Source of the DNA: an uncultured Clostridia bacterium
Lineage (GTDB): Bacteria > Bacillota > Clostridia > Christensenellales > UBA1242
Assembly (NCBI GenBank): GCA_934746715.1
Contig: CAKVFI010000002.1
Span: 245,761-309,760, forward strand
Direction of reading: 5' to 3'
DNA: 64,000 bases
In this document: positions 9,634-18,629 of the stretch, one piece after another
Layout: every line of letters starts with the position of its first letter
Numbering within the stretch: position 1 is the stretch's first letter
Notes under the pieces: model-generated
Database searches by the model: none
What the model was told of the DNA's origin: nothing
The model's input: only the letters and a program-made list of their open reading frames with translations
Program-made: the position numbers and the translations under genes

Positions 9634-10821
9634 ATGAATAAAAACATATTAAAATATTATCAAAATAAATATTATAATTTAAATAAGAATGGGCAATCAA
9701 GTGACTTTGAAAAAGATTATGATAGATTTAAAAGCCATTTTAAAGTTGAAAATATAGACACCTTAACAATAGAACAATATAGGGATTTTTGTTCTGCTAT
9801 AAACAACATTAAATCAAAAATAGGTTCAAAAAAGTTATTGCCAAAACAATTTGGTGTTTATTTTGAAAATAAAACTGGATTTAATACAAAATTTGGCAAC
9901 ACGTTTGAAAATGCTTTTGCAACTGTCAAAGAAGATATAAAAAACTTGATAAACTATGCACAACAAGAAAATATTAATACAAAAATTAAATCGAGGTTTA
10001 ATGCTGATTTTGTAAATATCATATTATCTATTTATAACAAAAAATTTTTGCCAATTGATCATAAAGATATTGATTATTTTTTAATGATTTTTGGCGAAAT
10101 AGAAAACAACAAATCATATTTTGAAAAACAAAACAAACTTATTTCATTTAGAAGTGAAATAAATGACAACTGGGACAATTTTGATTTTGCCAAATTTGTG
10201 TATTATGTAAAAAACACAAATGAAGTTGCACAAATTGAAGATGAGGCTGATAGACAAAACAACATCAATGCAATATATTTTATTGCGCATAATGAAGAAC
10301 GAGAATATCAAGACAAACCAAGGTATAATAACAATCAAAACCACATTTTTAAATTTGAAACAAACAAAGATTGGTATTCTAGCAAGCCAAAAGAGATTAA
10401 TAAAAACGGGCATACATATTATGAAAGGAATAAAAAAGTAACTGCATCAGTTTTGGAAAATGCAAGAGAATGTGAATTGTGCCATACCCCTATTTGTGCA
10501 AATTGGTGTATTGATTCACTTAATAATATTTGCAGTCGTTGTCATCCAACTTTTGAAAGAAAAAAAGATCACTCATTGCTATACTTTGAAGCCCATCACC
10601 TAATACCTATGAAAGCAGCAGGCAAAGTCTTTAAAGAACATATAGTCAACATTGATATCCCTGAAAATATCGTTCCACTTTGCAGCAATTGCCACAATTT
10701 AATTCATTATGGAGTCAAGTATCAAAGTCTAGTGATTGAGTTATTCAAAAAAAGGCAAGCCGACTTGGCAAGCATTGGATTGAAAATCTCTCAACAAGAA
10801 CTTTTGGATATGTACAATTAA
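9634..10821 (+). CDS. HNH-nuclease-domain protein with an uncharacterised ~300-aa N-terminal domain (McrA-like architecture)
   Basis: The C-terminus has CELCH...CSRCH...EAHHLIPMK...NIVPLCSNCHNLIHYG (CxxC/CxxC zinc plus HNH beta-beta-alpha-Me motif). I prefer the start at ATG 9634, which has a GGGAG RBS; the track ORF starts at 9568. Confidence 0.7.
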   Translation: MNKNILKYYQNKYYNLNKNGQSSDFEKDYDRFKSHFKVENIDTLTIEQYRDFCSAINNIKSKIGSKKLLPKQFGVYFENKTGFNTKFGNTFENAFATVKEDIKNLINYAQQENINTKIKSRFNADFVNIILSIYNKKFLPIDHKDIDYFLMIFGEIENNKSYFEKQNKLISFRSEINDNWDNFDFAKFVYYVKNTNEVAQIEDEADRQNNINAIYFIAHNEEREYQDKPRYNNNQNHIFKFETNKDWYSSKPKEINKNGHTYYERNKKVTASVLENARECELCHTPICANWCIDSLNNICSRCHPTFERKKDHSLLYFEAHHLIPMKAAGKVFKEHIVNIDIPENIVPLCSNCHNLIHYGVKYQSLVIELFKKRQADLASIGLKISQQELLDMYN

Positions 10822-10932
10822 AAAACTCGAGTTCAAAAGCGCGTTAACTGCTATTTATATATTATTATAAAGAACAACAAACGAGTTTGTTGTTCTAATA
10901 TATAATATACAATTGTGTTAAATTTGAGTAAG

Positions 10933-10959
10933 AAAAAAACCGACTGATGTCGGTTTTTT
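10933..10959. terminator. Bidirectional terminator between the convergent HNH gene and the silent cassette
   Basis: AAACCGAC-TGAT-GTCGGTTT flanked by an A-run and a T-run. Confidence 0.8.
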
Positions 10960-10970
10960 ATTTAGACAAA

Positions 10971-11543
10971 TTAGTCAGCAGTGAATTCTGCTTTAACCAA
11001 ATCAAATGCTTCTGTAACTGCAAATGGAGTTTCAACACCAGCTGTTGTTGATGTTTTAGCATATTGAGTAGCAGCAAATTTAACTGTGATAGTAATAATT
11101 TTGTCCATATTACCAGCAACAACACCATTGTCAGATGTTGAGTTACCTGTTTCAGTTAAAGTAGCTTCCTTTTCCCAAGTTACTTTAGCAGCAGCTTCTG
11201 ATGTAATGTAGTATACATTGCTATAACCTTCAACAGTAGCAGCTTTCCATTCACCAGATTCACCAGTTAAATCCAAACCCATTGTTGAATCATTGGCTGT
11301 TTTGATTTGAACAAAGATGTAAACTTTACGATTTGAAGCATTTTCAACTTCAGCTGTCAATTTAACAGCATCGCCTGGCAATGCAGCGTTTTGTTGGGAC
11401 ATTGTCAAACTTGCTGTAGCAGAATCAGCTTTCAATGTAACGTGAGCCATTGTGATTTTTTGTGCTTCAACTGCATTTGATTTAGCAGTAAAGTAAGCGA
11501 AAGTGCCGCCGAAAGCGAGCATAGCTACCATCACAATTCCCAT
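10971..11543 (-). CDS. TasA/camelysin-family cassette lacking its own n-region, RBS and promoter (apparently silent copy)
   Basis: The body is paralogous to 8881-9528. Reading begins inside the shared IMGIVMVAMLAFGGTFA segment. The sequence upstream of the repeat (KAWCDA..., hairpin GCGTCGCA..TGCGACGC) has no Lys-rich n-region and no Shine-Dalgarno. The track ORF extends to 11663 through non-coding-looking sequence. Confidence 0.6.
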   Translation of the reverse strand: MGIVMVAMLAFGGTFAYFTAKSNAVEAQKITMAHVTLKADSATASLTMSQQNAALPGDAVKLTAEVENASNRKVYIFVQIKTANDSTMGLDLTGESGEWKAATVEGYSNVYYITSEAAAKVTWEKEATLTETGNSTSDNGVVAGNMDKIITITVKFAATQYAKTSTTAGVETPFAVTEAFDLVKAEFTAD

Positions 11544-11547
11544 TATA
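11497..11547 (-). repeat. Inverted repeat, right arm (51 nt, perfect)
   Basis: The reverse complement equals 8931-8981 exactly. Identity stops abruptly at the 5' side. Confidence 0.95.
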
Positions 11548-11864
11548 GCGTCGCACCACGCTTTTATGCTTGGTTGCGACGCAAGCTTGCAACACAAAGC
11601 CTTTAAGCGGCTGCTCCTTAACCCCAACAAACCCACTTTGTTTGGCTTTGTTGGGGATCCCAAATTTTAGCCATATAGCCAGTTTGCTAATCATAGATTA
11701 CGCAAATATGAGCCTTTCTGGTGATTAACCGCTTTCTATTAAGGGGGACACAAACTTTCCCCCTTAATATACTCCTTTGGCTAAATAGGATTGTTGAAGT
11801 GTGAAAGCCCATCAGTGGAAGAATTGGCTGCAATATTTGGCTTTGTTGGGGATTTATATTGTCC

Positions 11865-11904
11865 TGTCATACCGAAACCAACTTGTTGGTTGAGTGTATC
11901 TTTT
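11865..11904 (+). repeat. Hairpin repeat, copy A2 (TGTCATACCGA-[AACCAA CTTG TTGGTT]-GAGTGTATC-TTTT)
   Basis: Same flanks and loop as A1, with a compensatory inner stem. Confidence 0.75.
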
Positions 11905-11909
11905 GTTTA

Positions 11910-11949
11910 GAGATCCTTCGACTGCGCTATCGCTCCACTCAGGATGACA
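11910..11949 (-). repeat. Hairpin repeat, copy B3 (rc = TGTC-ATCCT-GAGTGG...GTCGA-AGGAT-CTC)
   Basis: Matches the family frame, with covarying stem ATCCT/AGGAT. Confidence 0.7.
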
Positions 11950-12014
11950 GTGGTACGTTGTGAGCAAATATAAGCGTTTGTGGGATTATTGGGGGACAAA
12001 CAATTTTAACAAAG

Positions 12015-13028
12015 TTAAAATTCGACGATTTTTAAGTCGTGGGCGTCTTGGAAAACGATGTGATAGCCGTCGGAAAGTGGGTCGGTGGGGTCGAGTGGAA
12101 GCCATTGATGATGCTCGCCAAGTTCTTGTGGAACTGGGGCGTTGTAGGCAGTTGGCACGGCGTAGCAGATATATTGGAGTTGGTCGTCCTTGTAAATTGC
12201 ACCCAAGCAGTAAGTTGAACTGCCTTCGGTTATGGTTACAAAGCGAGAGTTTTCAATTGCGTTGTTAAGTTGTTCGCAAGCAGGATAGGTTTTGAAGATA
12301 TAATCAAATTGCGGTATTAAACTTTCCACAATCGATGGGGCGGTTTTTGTGTTTGGAGCGGGGGCTGTTGAGTGTGATTTGTTGTTATCTTCTTGATTTT
12401 GTTTAACATATGAATTGTCAGTTTTTTGCGCATCATTTGCCACGGGTTGACTGGTGTGGGCTGATTTGCTTATGTTTGGTGTTTGAGTGTTTGCAACTGG
12501 GTTTTGAGTGTAAAAATATTCTTTATATTTGCAGTTGGCACAAGGGTTTGTGTTGGTTGAGTCATTGTTTGAGCAGGTGTTAAAGCAAGGTTGTTCGCTC
12601 GCGTGCGGGGGCTGGGGGTTGGAAAAAGCTGTTTCGCAAGCGTCGGGCATGATTTTGTTTGGGCTAAAACTGTTGTTTAAATTTTTTGTTATCACGCTTG
12701 TGTCATTAAAATAAAATCCGCCATATGTGCCACCAGCAAGCAGTGGCTCGTTGTTGTTTTGGGTGTCCACAATGGCGCAATAAAAATCACTGTCCATGTC
12801 AAAATCGCCAACAAGTGAACTAATGTAAGCGCCGTCTTTAAAAAGCATGTTGCTTGAATACACTTGATTGTTGTGAAAAACGCCCAATTTGCAGTTGGTG
12901 TTGAGCGCGGAAAACGAGTATAGGCGAAGTTTGGTTTTTAACAAATCATTTTCCTTGGTTAGTGTTAAAATTGCTCTGCCAGATTTGTTGCTGGTTTGCG
13001 ATTGTAAAATCATTGTTTTGCTGTTCAT
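12015..13028 (-). CDS. Hypothetical protein with a central low-complexity N/Q/P/T-rich linker
   Basis: 337-codon ORF with ordinary codon usage. I recognise no motif. Confidence 0.55.
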   Translation of the reverse strand: MNSKTMILQSQTSNKSGRAILTLTKENDLLKTKLRLYSFSALNTNCKLGVFHNNQVYSSNMLFKDGAYISSLVGDFDMDSDFYCAIVDTQNNNEPLLAGGTYGGFYFNDTSVITKNLNNSFSPNKIMPDACETAFSNPQPPHASEQPCFNTCSNNDSTNTNPCANCKYKEYFYTQNPVANTQTPNISKSAHTSQPVANDAQKTDNSYVKQNQEDNNKSHSTAPAPNTKTAPSIVESLIPQFDYIFKTYPACEQLNNAIENSRFVTITEGSSTYCLGAIYKDDQLQYICYAVPTAYNAPVPQELGEHHQWLPLDPTDPLSDGYHIVFQDAHDLKIVEF

Positions 13029-13327
13029 ACTTTAATTATAGTTGGTTAAAATTTTTAATATGACTAGAATTTTGGCGTTATGACATAAATGTTGGCAGAA
13101 TAGGGCTTTTATTGTTGAAATTAGTGGATTTTTATGCTTGCAAAACTTGATTTTTAACTGCTTGTATTAACTTAAAATAATTGACATAACACCATTTGTG
13201 TGATAATATTAATTAAGCGTGAATTGGCATTGTTTGTTTTTTGCCACTGCGTGTGCAAACATTTGATTAAAACATATTTTGTTGTGTTTATTGAGTGTTT
13301 GTTTAGGCTATAATTTAATGAGGATAT

Positions 13328-14707
13328 ATGAAAAAGTTTTCTAAAATTATTATTTGTTTATTATTGTGCGTTTTTGCTTTTGGTGTTGTTGGCTGCAAAA
13401 AGAATAATGTTGACAACAATTTCCACCCAGCAAGCGAAGATGTTGTTACTGGCAACGGCGGTTTGGTTGTTAGAAAAGGTGAATATGTTTACTTTGCAAA
13501 TGGTTTTCAAAAAGTTAGCGATTTAACAAGCGACCAACAAAACGCAAGTTTTGTTAAGGGTGGTTTGTACGCTGCAAAACTTACACACGACGATTTTGCT
13601 CGCGATGATGACGGCCTTGTTACAAGCGATTCTATGCGTGTTGTAAGTTCAAAATTGGCTGGCTATGATGCAACAAACCTTTTTGTGTTTGGCGATTACC
13701 TTTATTTTGTTAGCCCAAGCAACGAAAAAGAATCTGGCAAATTGTCAAGCAGTGAATGGGCAAAAGATAGGTCAGTTTTCTATCGTACAAAACTTAACAA
13801 TTTTGATGATGTTCAAGAAATTTATCAAGCTAATGTTAAACACGAAAATTTGTCATTCCAATATTATTACAAAGACGGCAAACCTTACCTTTTGGTGCAC
13901 GAAAAAGGTGAAGATTTAAACGGCGACGGCAACAAAGATATGCTTAAACGCATTGACGTAACAGCAAAGAAAAACAAAGTTAGCGTTGTTGCAAGCAATG
14001 TGTCAAGTGTTGTGTTTGGCTATGACAGCGAAGATAACGCTTTTGATAGAGTTCACTATGTTGAACAAAAAGACGGCAAATACAACCTTGTGAGATATAA
14101 TGTGGCAGAAAATTCTGGCACAACAATCGAACAAAACAGCACCGAAACAGTTGTTAAGTTTGTTGGTGATAAATATGTTTATGTAACCAAAAAAGATGGC
14201 GACAACACATATATGTATCGTGCGGAAATTGGCAAAACAGCATTTGCAAAAATGTTCAATGCAGATAGTTCAATTGTGGGCGATTTGTACCTTTTGCCAG
14301 AAGGCGAAGATGTTGTGGCTGTTAGAGATAATGTTATCCAATTTTTCCTTCGCGGCGACAGAATGCCAAGCATTAACACTATTGTTGACAGCGACGCAAC
14401 AAAAATCAATGTGATTGGTTTTGCAAATGGCATGATTGTTTACTACGACAACAACAACAAACTTAAAACAGTTAACTATGCGGACGCTTCCATTGGCGGA
14501 AATTACAAAATCAATAGTTTGGCAAAAATTGAATTCAACAAAGATTTTATTGATATTGATGGTAACAATTTGTACTATTTCAGCGGCGAAAACAATGGCT
14601 ACTTGTTCACGATAGACCTTTCTCTTGTGCCTGAAGAAGAAGCAACAGAAGGCAAAATGGTTGGCGTTTATTTAGATGCTGACAAACCAAAAAAGGACGA
14701 AGAATAA
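13328..14707 (+). CDS. Lipoprotein, DUF5050-like beta-propeller
   Basis: Lipobox LLCVFAFGVVGC after a K-rich N-terminus. GNGGLVVRKGEYVYFANG and repeated YVYF/YLYF strands resemble DUF5050 proteins. Confidence 0.6.
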   Translation: MKKFSKIIICLLLCVFAFGVVGCKKNNVDNNFHPASEDVVTGNGGLVVRKGEYVYFANGFQKVSDLTSDQQNASFVKGGLYAAKLTHDDFARDDDGLVTSDSMRVVSSKLAGYDATNLFVFGDYLYFVSPSNEKESGKLSSSEWAKDRSVFYRTKLNNFDDVQEIYQANVKHENLSFQYYYKDGKPYLLVHEKGEDLNGDGNKDMLKRIDVTAKKNKVSVVASNVSSVVFGYDSEDNAFDRVHYVEQKDGKYNLVRYNVAENSGTTIEQNSTETVVKFVGDKYVYVTKKDGDNTYMYRAEIGKTAFAKMFNADSSIVGDLYLLPEGEDVVAVRDNVIQFFLRGDRMPSINTIVDSDATKINVIGFANGMIVYYDNNNKLKTVNYADASIGGNYKINSLAKIEFNKDFIDIDGNNLYYFSGENNGYLFTIDLSLVPEEEATEGKMVGVYLDADKPKKDEE

Positions 14708-14712
14708 CTTGC

Positions 14713-14742
14713 AAAAATCCACTTTAAATTAGTGGATTTTTT
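14713..14742 (+). terminator. Rho-independent terminator
   Basis: AAAATCCACT...AGTGGATTTT followed by a T-run. Confidence 0.8.
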
Positions 14743-14803
14743 GTTGGGTTAGATTGACAAAAAAACACCTTTTGATGGTGTTTTTTGTGTTGTTTTTATT
14801 CAA

Positions 14804-15568
14804 TTATTTATTTTTTTTCTTCTTAAGTTCTTTATCTCGTTTTTGTTTTTCTTGCTCTTGTTTAAGTTTGCCCAGCTGCTCCCATTTTTTTGTGGTCATG
14901 TCGCGGGCAATCATTATTTTGGTGTTGCTTGTTGGAGTAAGCTCTTTGCAATAACGGGTTAATTTGCCAACTAAATCTTCCAAATACTGGTCTGTGCTTT
15001 CGTTGCTGTGCTGATAAATTGTTAAAATGTTTGCACCTGTTTCAATGCCGGTGAAGTGGTTGATATATGTGTCTTTATCAAAAGAATATGTGATTTTAAA
15101 ACCAATGCCGTTTGTGCTTTTGTATTCTTCACTAATGGTTTTGATTGTGTAGGCTGGTTTAAGTTTTTGCATCAAAAATTCAGGGTCAAAATTAACACCA
15201 GAAATAAACATGTTTTTAAAGTTGTCAATCAAAAATTGTTTGTGTTTCATCAAATTGTCATGCGGTTTAATAAATTTGCTAAAATGTTTGTATGTCGAAC
15301 GCAATGTTAATCTGCTGGTTGAACTGATTTTTTCTGTTGCCATGTTGAGTTCACAAAAGTTGCCTATTTGAGTTTTAAAAAGCACAATGTTTGATTTAAG
15401 CAAAGCAAAATCATCAGTGTCGTAATAAGTGAATTCCTTTTTGATTTTGTCTTCAAAATGCATTGCGTATTTATCAAAAAAAGCGTTTAGTTCCAAAACG
15501 GCTGCTTTGGTTTTTTCACTAAACATTATAAATCTGCGTTTTTGACGGATTATATCTAAACTTTGCAT
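14804..15568 (-). CDS. Hypothetical protein, possibly CYTH-like
   Basis: AAGAAGGGG RBS before ATG 15568. The motif FTYYDTDDFALLKSNIVL is reminiscent of CYTH domains, but this is weak. Confidence 0.5.
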   Translation of the reverse strand: MQSLDIIRQKRRFIMFSEKTKAAVLELNAFFDKYAMHFEDKIKKEFTYYDTDDFALLKSNIVLFKTQIGNFCELNMATEKISSTSRLTLRSTYKHFSKFIKPHDNLMKHKQFLIDNFKNMFISGVNFDPEFLMQKLKPAYTIKTISEEYKSTNGIGFKITYSFDKDTYINHFTGIETGANILTIYQHSNESTDQYLEDLVGKLTRYCKELTPTSNTKIMIARDMTTKKWEQLGKLKQEQEKQKRDKELKKKKNK

Positions 15569-15624
15569 TTTACCCCTTCTTTAATTATAGTTTAGTTAAA
15601 ATAACAAAAAAAATCAAGAAAATG

Positions 15625-15653
15625 TGGAAATTTTTTATTTATTCTGCTATAAT
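15625..15653 (+). promoter_or_regulatory. Promoter with leaderless geometry for the rRNA methyltransferase gene
   Basis: TGGAAA, 17-nt spacer, TGcTATAAT, then exactly 6 nt to ATG 15660. There is no Shine-Dalgarno. Confidence 0.5.
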
Positions 15654-15659
15654 TTTGTT

Positions 15660-17006
15660 ATGAACAATTCAAAAACAAAGCAAATTCAATCAAATACAAA
15701 CAATTCCGTTTTTCCACAAGAGTTTTTAAACTCTATGCAAAACTTGTTGGGTGATGAATATGAGCAGTTTTTGTCATCATTAAATCAACCAAAGCAATCT
15801 GCGATTTTTGTTAACAACAAAATTGATTTGCAAAAATTTAAACAAATTGTTGACTTTAAAATTGAACCAATAATGTACGAAAAAAATGGATTTTATGTTG
15901 AAGAAAAACTCGGGCGAAACCCACTTCATCATGCAGGGGCAATTTATGTGCAAGAACCTAGTGCAATGTTTACTGTTAATGCTCACAAATTTAATGGTGA
16001 TGAATTGGTGCTTGACATGTGTGCTTCCCCGGGCGGGAAGTCAATTCAAATTGCAAACAGAATTCCAAACGGGGTTTTGGTTAGCAATGAAATCAATCCT
16101 GAAAGATGCGGAGTTTTGTTTTCAAACATAGAAAGAATGGGGTTAAAAAATGTTGTCATAACAAACGACACCCCTAAAAACATTGCCAATGCTTATGCCA
16201 ACACTTTTGATGTTGTGCTTGTTGATGCTCCATGCAGTGGTGAAGGTATGTTTAGGCGTGGGGAACAGGTTGTTAAGGAATGGAACAAAAATCTTCCTTT
16301 GATGTGTGCGGAACGTCAAATTGATATTTTGGAACAAGCAAACAAAGCATTAAAACAAAATGGATTTTTAATTTACTCCACTTGCACATACTCGACCGAA
16401 GAAAATGAAGATGTTGTAAAACAATTTGTGAACAAACACAATTACAAATTGATCAATATTGATGCAGATTTGCCGCGCGGTGTTGGAATGAAAGAAGCAG
16501 TTAGATTATATCCGCACAAAGTAAAAGGGGAAGGTCAATTTGTTGCTGTTTTGCAAAAGTTGGAAGATAATGAATTTGTTGCCAACTCAAACCTGAAATT
16601 GAAAGTTTGCCCATCGGCAAAAGAATTTGTTAACAAATATTGCGAGAGTAAAGATTTAAGTTTTTTTGAATATGGCAATTATGCTTACTATGTAAAGAAT
16701 CTTAATTTACTCAAACGTGGGATAAATTATTATTCAATAGGAGTAAGAGTTGGTGATATTAAAGAAAAAAGATTTGAACCAACTCACAATTTGTTTACGG
16801 CTTTTGGTAATCTTTTTAAAATAAAAATTAATGTTTTGCCAAATGATGATTTGGCAACAAAGTATCTTAAAGGTGAAACTTTTGATGTGGATTTGACAGA
16901 TGGCTTTGGTGCATTTTTGATCGCTGGTTGTGCTACGGGTGGCTTTAAGGTTGCGTCTGGCAAGTTTAAAAACCATTACCCAAAAGGGTTGAGGAATTTT
17001 AAATAA
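15660..17006 (+). CDS. NOL1/NOP2/Sun-family RNA m5C methyltransferase (RsmF/RsmB-like)
   Basis: Motifs VLDMCASPGGKS, DAPCSGEGMFRR and STCTYSTEENE. The N-terminal FPQEFLNSMQNLLGDEYEQF is typical of RsmF-like proteins. Confidence 0.85.
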   Translation: MNNSKTKQIQSNTNNSVFPQEFLNSMQNLLGDEYEQFLSSLNQPKQSAIFVNNKIDLQKFKQIVDFKIEPIMYEKNGFYVEEKLGRNPLHHAGAIYVQEPSAMFTVNAHKFNGDELVLDMCASPGGKSIQIANRIPNGVLVSNEINPERCGVLFSNIERMGLKNVVITNDTPKNIANAYANTFDVVLVDAPCSGEGMFRRGEQVVKEWNKNLPLMCAERQIDILEQANKALKQNGFLIYSTCTYSTEENEDVVKQFVNKHNYKLINIDADLPRGVGMKEAVRLYPHKVKGEGQFVAVLQKLEDNEFVANSNLKLKVCPSAKEFVNKYCESKDLSFFEYGNYAYYVKNLNLLKRGINYYSIGVRVGDIKEKRFEPTHNLFTAFGNLFKIKINVLPNDDLATKYLKGETFDVDLTDGFGAFLIAGCATGGFKVASGKFKNHYPKGLRNFK

Positions 17007-17249
17007 GGCAATAAAAACTATAAAAAGAATTGTTGTGAATGCTTTTAGAAGATGTTTGAAAGCTGGCAACTAGATGCTTAAATTTAAAAAATTTAATTTA
17101 AATGGTAAAAAATTGCGATATTTTTTATATTTTGCATAAAATTTTGCCATTTTTTTTAATTTTTTTCAAAAAATTTTTAAAAAAGGTATTGAAAAAGTAG
17201 TATTGATGAGATATAATAAGGCGTACAAAAAGAAAGGAGATTTTATTTT

Positions 17250-18629
17250 ATGGAATGGCAAGCATTTTTAGGTATAATTGCAATTATTGGTATTGTGATT
17301 GTTGTTGGTGGCATTATAGCTTTCTTGGGGCATGTTGTAATTGGTGCATTTGACAATGAAGACCGCACAACAAAACAACCAAAACAAGAAGTTATGGATT
17401 ACACTCAATATAAACAACAAAACTTGTTGGCTGAACAAAACAAACAACAAGATTATGATTTTGAATCAATCAACGAAGCAAAAGCTCAAAAGGAACAAGA
17501 ATTGGTTCAAGACAGCAAAGAAGACGATTTGTTTAAACTTATTGATGAAAACGATTCAAATCTTGATGAAATTGAAAACAGACTTAAAAAACAAAATGAA
17601 GAATCAAAAGAAGTTGAACGTCCTGCAACAGATGTAAAAACTTTGGAGGATGCTCCAATGGCTGTTGAAGAAAATAAAGAAGATTCAGATGATGATGTTG
17701 ATATTCAAAACTTGATTGATGAAATCAATAATGAAGTTGTTGATGAAGAAAAGGAAAAGGCTGACGAAAAAACAGAAGATGTTAATCCAGTTTTGGCTGA
17801 ATATGACATTAACAAAATTATGAGCGAAACAGAACAAGACGCTGATGACAAAACTGCAGAAGAGTCAATTGAAGAATCTGAGCAAGCTGTTGCCGAAACA
17901 GAACCAGAAGTTGAAGACAACAAGGAAAATGAAGTAACAACTGAAACAACTGAAACAGCTGAACCGGTTGAAGAAACAGTTGAAGAACAACCAGAAGAAA
18001 AAGTTGAAACAGTGGAAGAACAACCAGAAGAAAAAGTTGAAACAGTTGAAGAATCAAACAAAGAACTTGAAGATGCAAACAAACGTATTGCAGAACTTAC
18101 ATCAAAAATTGATGAATTGAATAAACAGTTAAGTGCTCAACCAGTTGCAACAACAGAAGTTGTTACAATTGATATGACAGAAGATGAATGCTTAAACCGT
18201 ATTGCAGTTTTGGAAGAACGTTTGAAAAATGCTAAAAAAGATTACAAAACTAATATGAAAGAATATCGTCCACTTAAAAAGGTTATGAACGATTTGGATA
18301 GATATCAAACAAAACTTCGCAGAAAAGAAACCGTTTTTGCAAAGAAAAATGTTGCTTTGTATGGTGTTAACAACTATGTTGACCTTGACAAAGAAAAACA
18401 AGAAGAACTTGAACAAGAACTTGAATTGTTGAACGGCTTGAGAGCTAGCGTTACTCATTGTGAAGAAGTTATTGAAGCTAATAAAGACAGATTCCCAATT
18501 TTGGAAAGAACAAACAAAATTTTGGAAGAACAAATTGCACAACTTGAATCTGACTTGGAATTGGCAAATGCAACTCTTCAAAAAATTCGTGAACGCGACG
18601 GCAAAGGCGAAGGCGAAAACAATCAATAA
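17250..18629 (+). CDS. Membrane-anchored acidic coiled-coil protein
   Basis: AAAGGAG RBS and an N-terminal TM helix. It has a D/E-rich region with a tandem EEQPEEKVETVE repeat and C-terminal heptad-like segments. Confidence 0.6.
   Translation: MEWQAFLGIIAIIGIVIVVGGIIAFLGHVVIGAFDNEDRTTKQPKQEVMDYTQYKQQNLLAEQNKQQDYDFESINEAKAQKEQELVQDSKEDDLFKLIDENDSNLDEIENRLKKQNEESKEVERPATDVKTLEDAPMAVEENKEDSDDDVDIQNLIDEINNEVVDEEKEKADEKTEDVNPVLAEYDINKIMSETEQDADDKTAEESIEESEQAVAETEPEVEDNKENEVTTETTETAEPVEETVEEQPEEKVETVEEQPEEKVETVEESNKELEDANKRIAELTSKIDELNKQLSAQPVATTEVVTIDMTEDECLNRIAVLEERLKNAKKDYKTNMKEYRPLKKVMNDLDRYQTKLRRKETVFAKKNVALYGVNNYVDLDKEKQEELEQELELLNGLRASVTHCEEVIEANKDRFPILERTNKILEEQIAQLESDLELANATLQKIRERDGKGEGENNQ

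Noticed and set aside
8470-10821. IscB/OMEGA-like system (structured RNA plus HNH protein)
   Set aside because: The HNH protein shows no RuvC-like D/E/H segments or PLMP-type N-terminus. A complete, terminated gene separates it from the structured RNA, and there are no IS200/IS605-like ends.
11960-12268. Arg-rich 102-codon ORF on the + strand
   Set aside because: It is antisense to the well-formed 12015-13028 gene, has a GTG/TTG-type start, and its composition is an artefact of the complementary strand.
17705-18082. Ser-rich ORFs on the - strand
   Set aside because: They mirror the acidic EEQPEEKVETVE repeat region of the + strand gene. Antisense low-complexity ORFs are expected there.
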